DNA of 63,855 nucleotides, filler included, from Folioceros fuciformis (lineage: Eukaryota): NCBI GenBank assembly GCA_049999805.1. It is 10 parts of 10 records of this genome, joined end to end, with 100 filler letters (N's around TTAATTAATTAA, not from the genome) between each part and the next. Parts side by side here need not be neighbours in the genome. Positions count along the whole stretch, not along the records: positions 61,406 to 62,744 come from JBNGIO010005737.1; positions 62,845 to 63,855 come from JBNGIO010005888.1; 8 more parts are not named here. The stretch is one strand, 5' to 3'. This document shows, piece by piece, positions 62,427 through 63,855 of this stretch. A program made the position numbers and the translations under genes. The notes beneath the pieces were generated by a model. It worked only from the letters and a program-made list of their open reading frames with translations, made no database searches and had not been told where the DNA came from. The stretch's first letter is position 1, and each line of letters begins with the position of its first letter.

Positions 62427-63289
62427 AGACGTGCTAGGATCGTGAGAGCGTGAGTGGATTAGCAGGCAAGCTTGGCGAGAGAAGAGAATGAATTAAATTA
62501 TTCGTGGCCGTGTGGTCACTTTTAAGGAACTGCCGTGAAACGTCGTGTGTCCCGTGGCGTGAGTGACCGATAGTTGTTTGGGGTCAAAATACCCCTTAAT
62601 TACGTTGCTTAGAATCTACCCGATTACTATCTTGGCTACTTACTTATTTAATGTTTATTATTAATGCTGGATATATAAAAGCCTATTTACACCTTTAGGG
62701 ATCAGCTTATTGGTACATACGCTGTTAAAACAGTGCTCTCGAAANNNNNNNNNNNNNNNNNNNNNNNNNNNNNNNNNNNNNNNNNNNNTTAATTAATTAA
62801 NNNNNNNNNNNNNNNNNNNNNNNNNNNNNNNNNNNNNNNNNNNNGTTCGTTGCATTGCCAGGTTGGGAGAATTTTCCAGCTTGATTTCACCACATCAACA
62901 ATCCGCTTGTTGGGGACTAAGATACGGTACTGGAGGAGATTGTGGCGCGCTGGAGATTGGATGAAGAGGCGGAAATCGTCCACCATCCAACCCAGGAGAC
63001 AGCTGCGATCCGAGAAGGTTGGGTGTTGCAGAGGCAGCACTAAGAGATAGGCTGATGTTTTTCTGATGGACAGGAATTCTGCCATTGATTATACACGGCT
63101 TAGGTGTGGTAGTCTCACGATTGCTGAGTTAGCAGAGCTGTCGGGAGAAGAGCCTGCATACGTCTGGAGTCGTTTGTGGATAGAGGCAGTGGATGTACTT
63201 TTCTGGCTAGCTGATTGGGCTAACGGTGGAAACAATTTGCCCTTTGACAACATCCGTGCAGTGGTCAGGCATAGGAGAAGTAACCATTG

Positions 63290-63855
63290 ATGGTGTTCCT
63301 GAGATCAGGGTGGACTGACGAAAGGACACCTGCGCCGTCTTCAGTCGGAGAAGTGCACGACGGCTACTACTCGCCATTCAAGAGGACACCGGAACAATAC
63401 AGAGACAACGCGCCAGTCACAAGGAGACAGTTTGGCGATTGGAGCGGAGAGTCTGCAAGAATGGAGCTTGAGTTCACACCAAGTAAGAACGATGTCTTCA
63501 CAGGAAAACATGGAAGCATGTCTCTTGCAGATTTCGAGGAGAAGTTTCGTTGGGCAATGGCGGAAAACAAGATGAAATACAAGGACGAGTTCACTCAGAG
63601 GATGGCGTTCATGAAGATGTCATCCTACCTTGCGGGTGAGGCTCTAATGTATTACAGAGATGAGAAGGCTGGGATCCTGAAGGTGGCCGAGAGAAGAGAA
63701 GCAGTGCACGAGGCGGCCAAGAGGGCTGGTTCGACTGCACCCCCTACTGACGAGGACAAGCTCGAGCATCTGGTGGACTTGATGTTCGCCAAGTTAACCA
63801 CCATGTTTCCTACAGCTTCGCTGGAAAAGATCCAGGAACTGTCGAGGTTTTCTTT
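63290..63855 (+). mobile_element. Probable Gypsy-type Gag (capsid) ORF running off the window end
   Basis: Open frame from ATG 63290: ...FTGKHGSMSLADFEEKF...MSSYLAGEALMYY..., resembling the F.G...F...F...L.G.A..W/Y retrotransposon Gag pattern. Confidence 0.5.

Overview
Eukaryotic, repeat-dominated DNA from a plant (inferred from TTTAGGG-like motifs, tRNA-iMet primer-binding sites (PBS), an LRR receptor-kinase fragment and short GT-AG introns; probably an early-diverging land plant, species not determinable). It is not one locus: ten unrelated contigs are joined by artificial N44-TTAATTAATTAA-N44 linkers, so adjacency across linkers is meaningless. Contents: several decayed Ty1/Copia elements, one Ty3/Gypsy element, a CRE-like non-LTR retrotransposon beside telomere-like repeats, a SCAPER-like host gene, a divergent SET/MYND gene in a ~6.8 kb duplicated unit, a truncated LRR-RLK, and several tandem repeats. 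The standout is the Gypsy element (18278-23350, minus), which carries a DNMT3-like C5 cytosine methyltransferase domain (motifs I, IV, VI, VIII, IX, X) between protease and reverse transcriptase. Second, three separate Copia elements carry an extra Cys/His-rich, coiled-coil ORF upstream of gag, and three Copia-type PBS sites sit unusually far (11-19 nt) from the apparent LTR end. All family assignments come from motif recognition by eye, not database searches.
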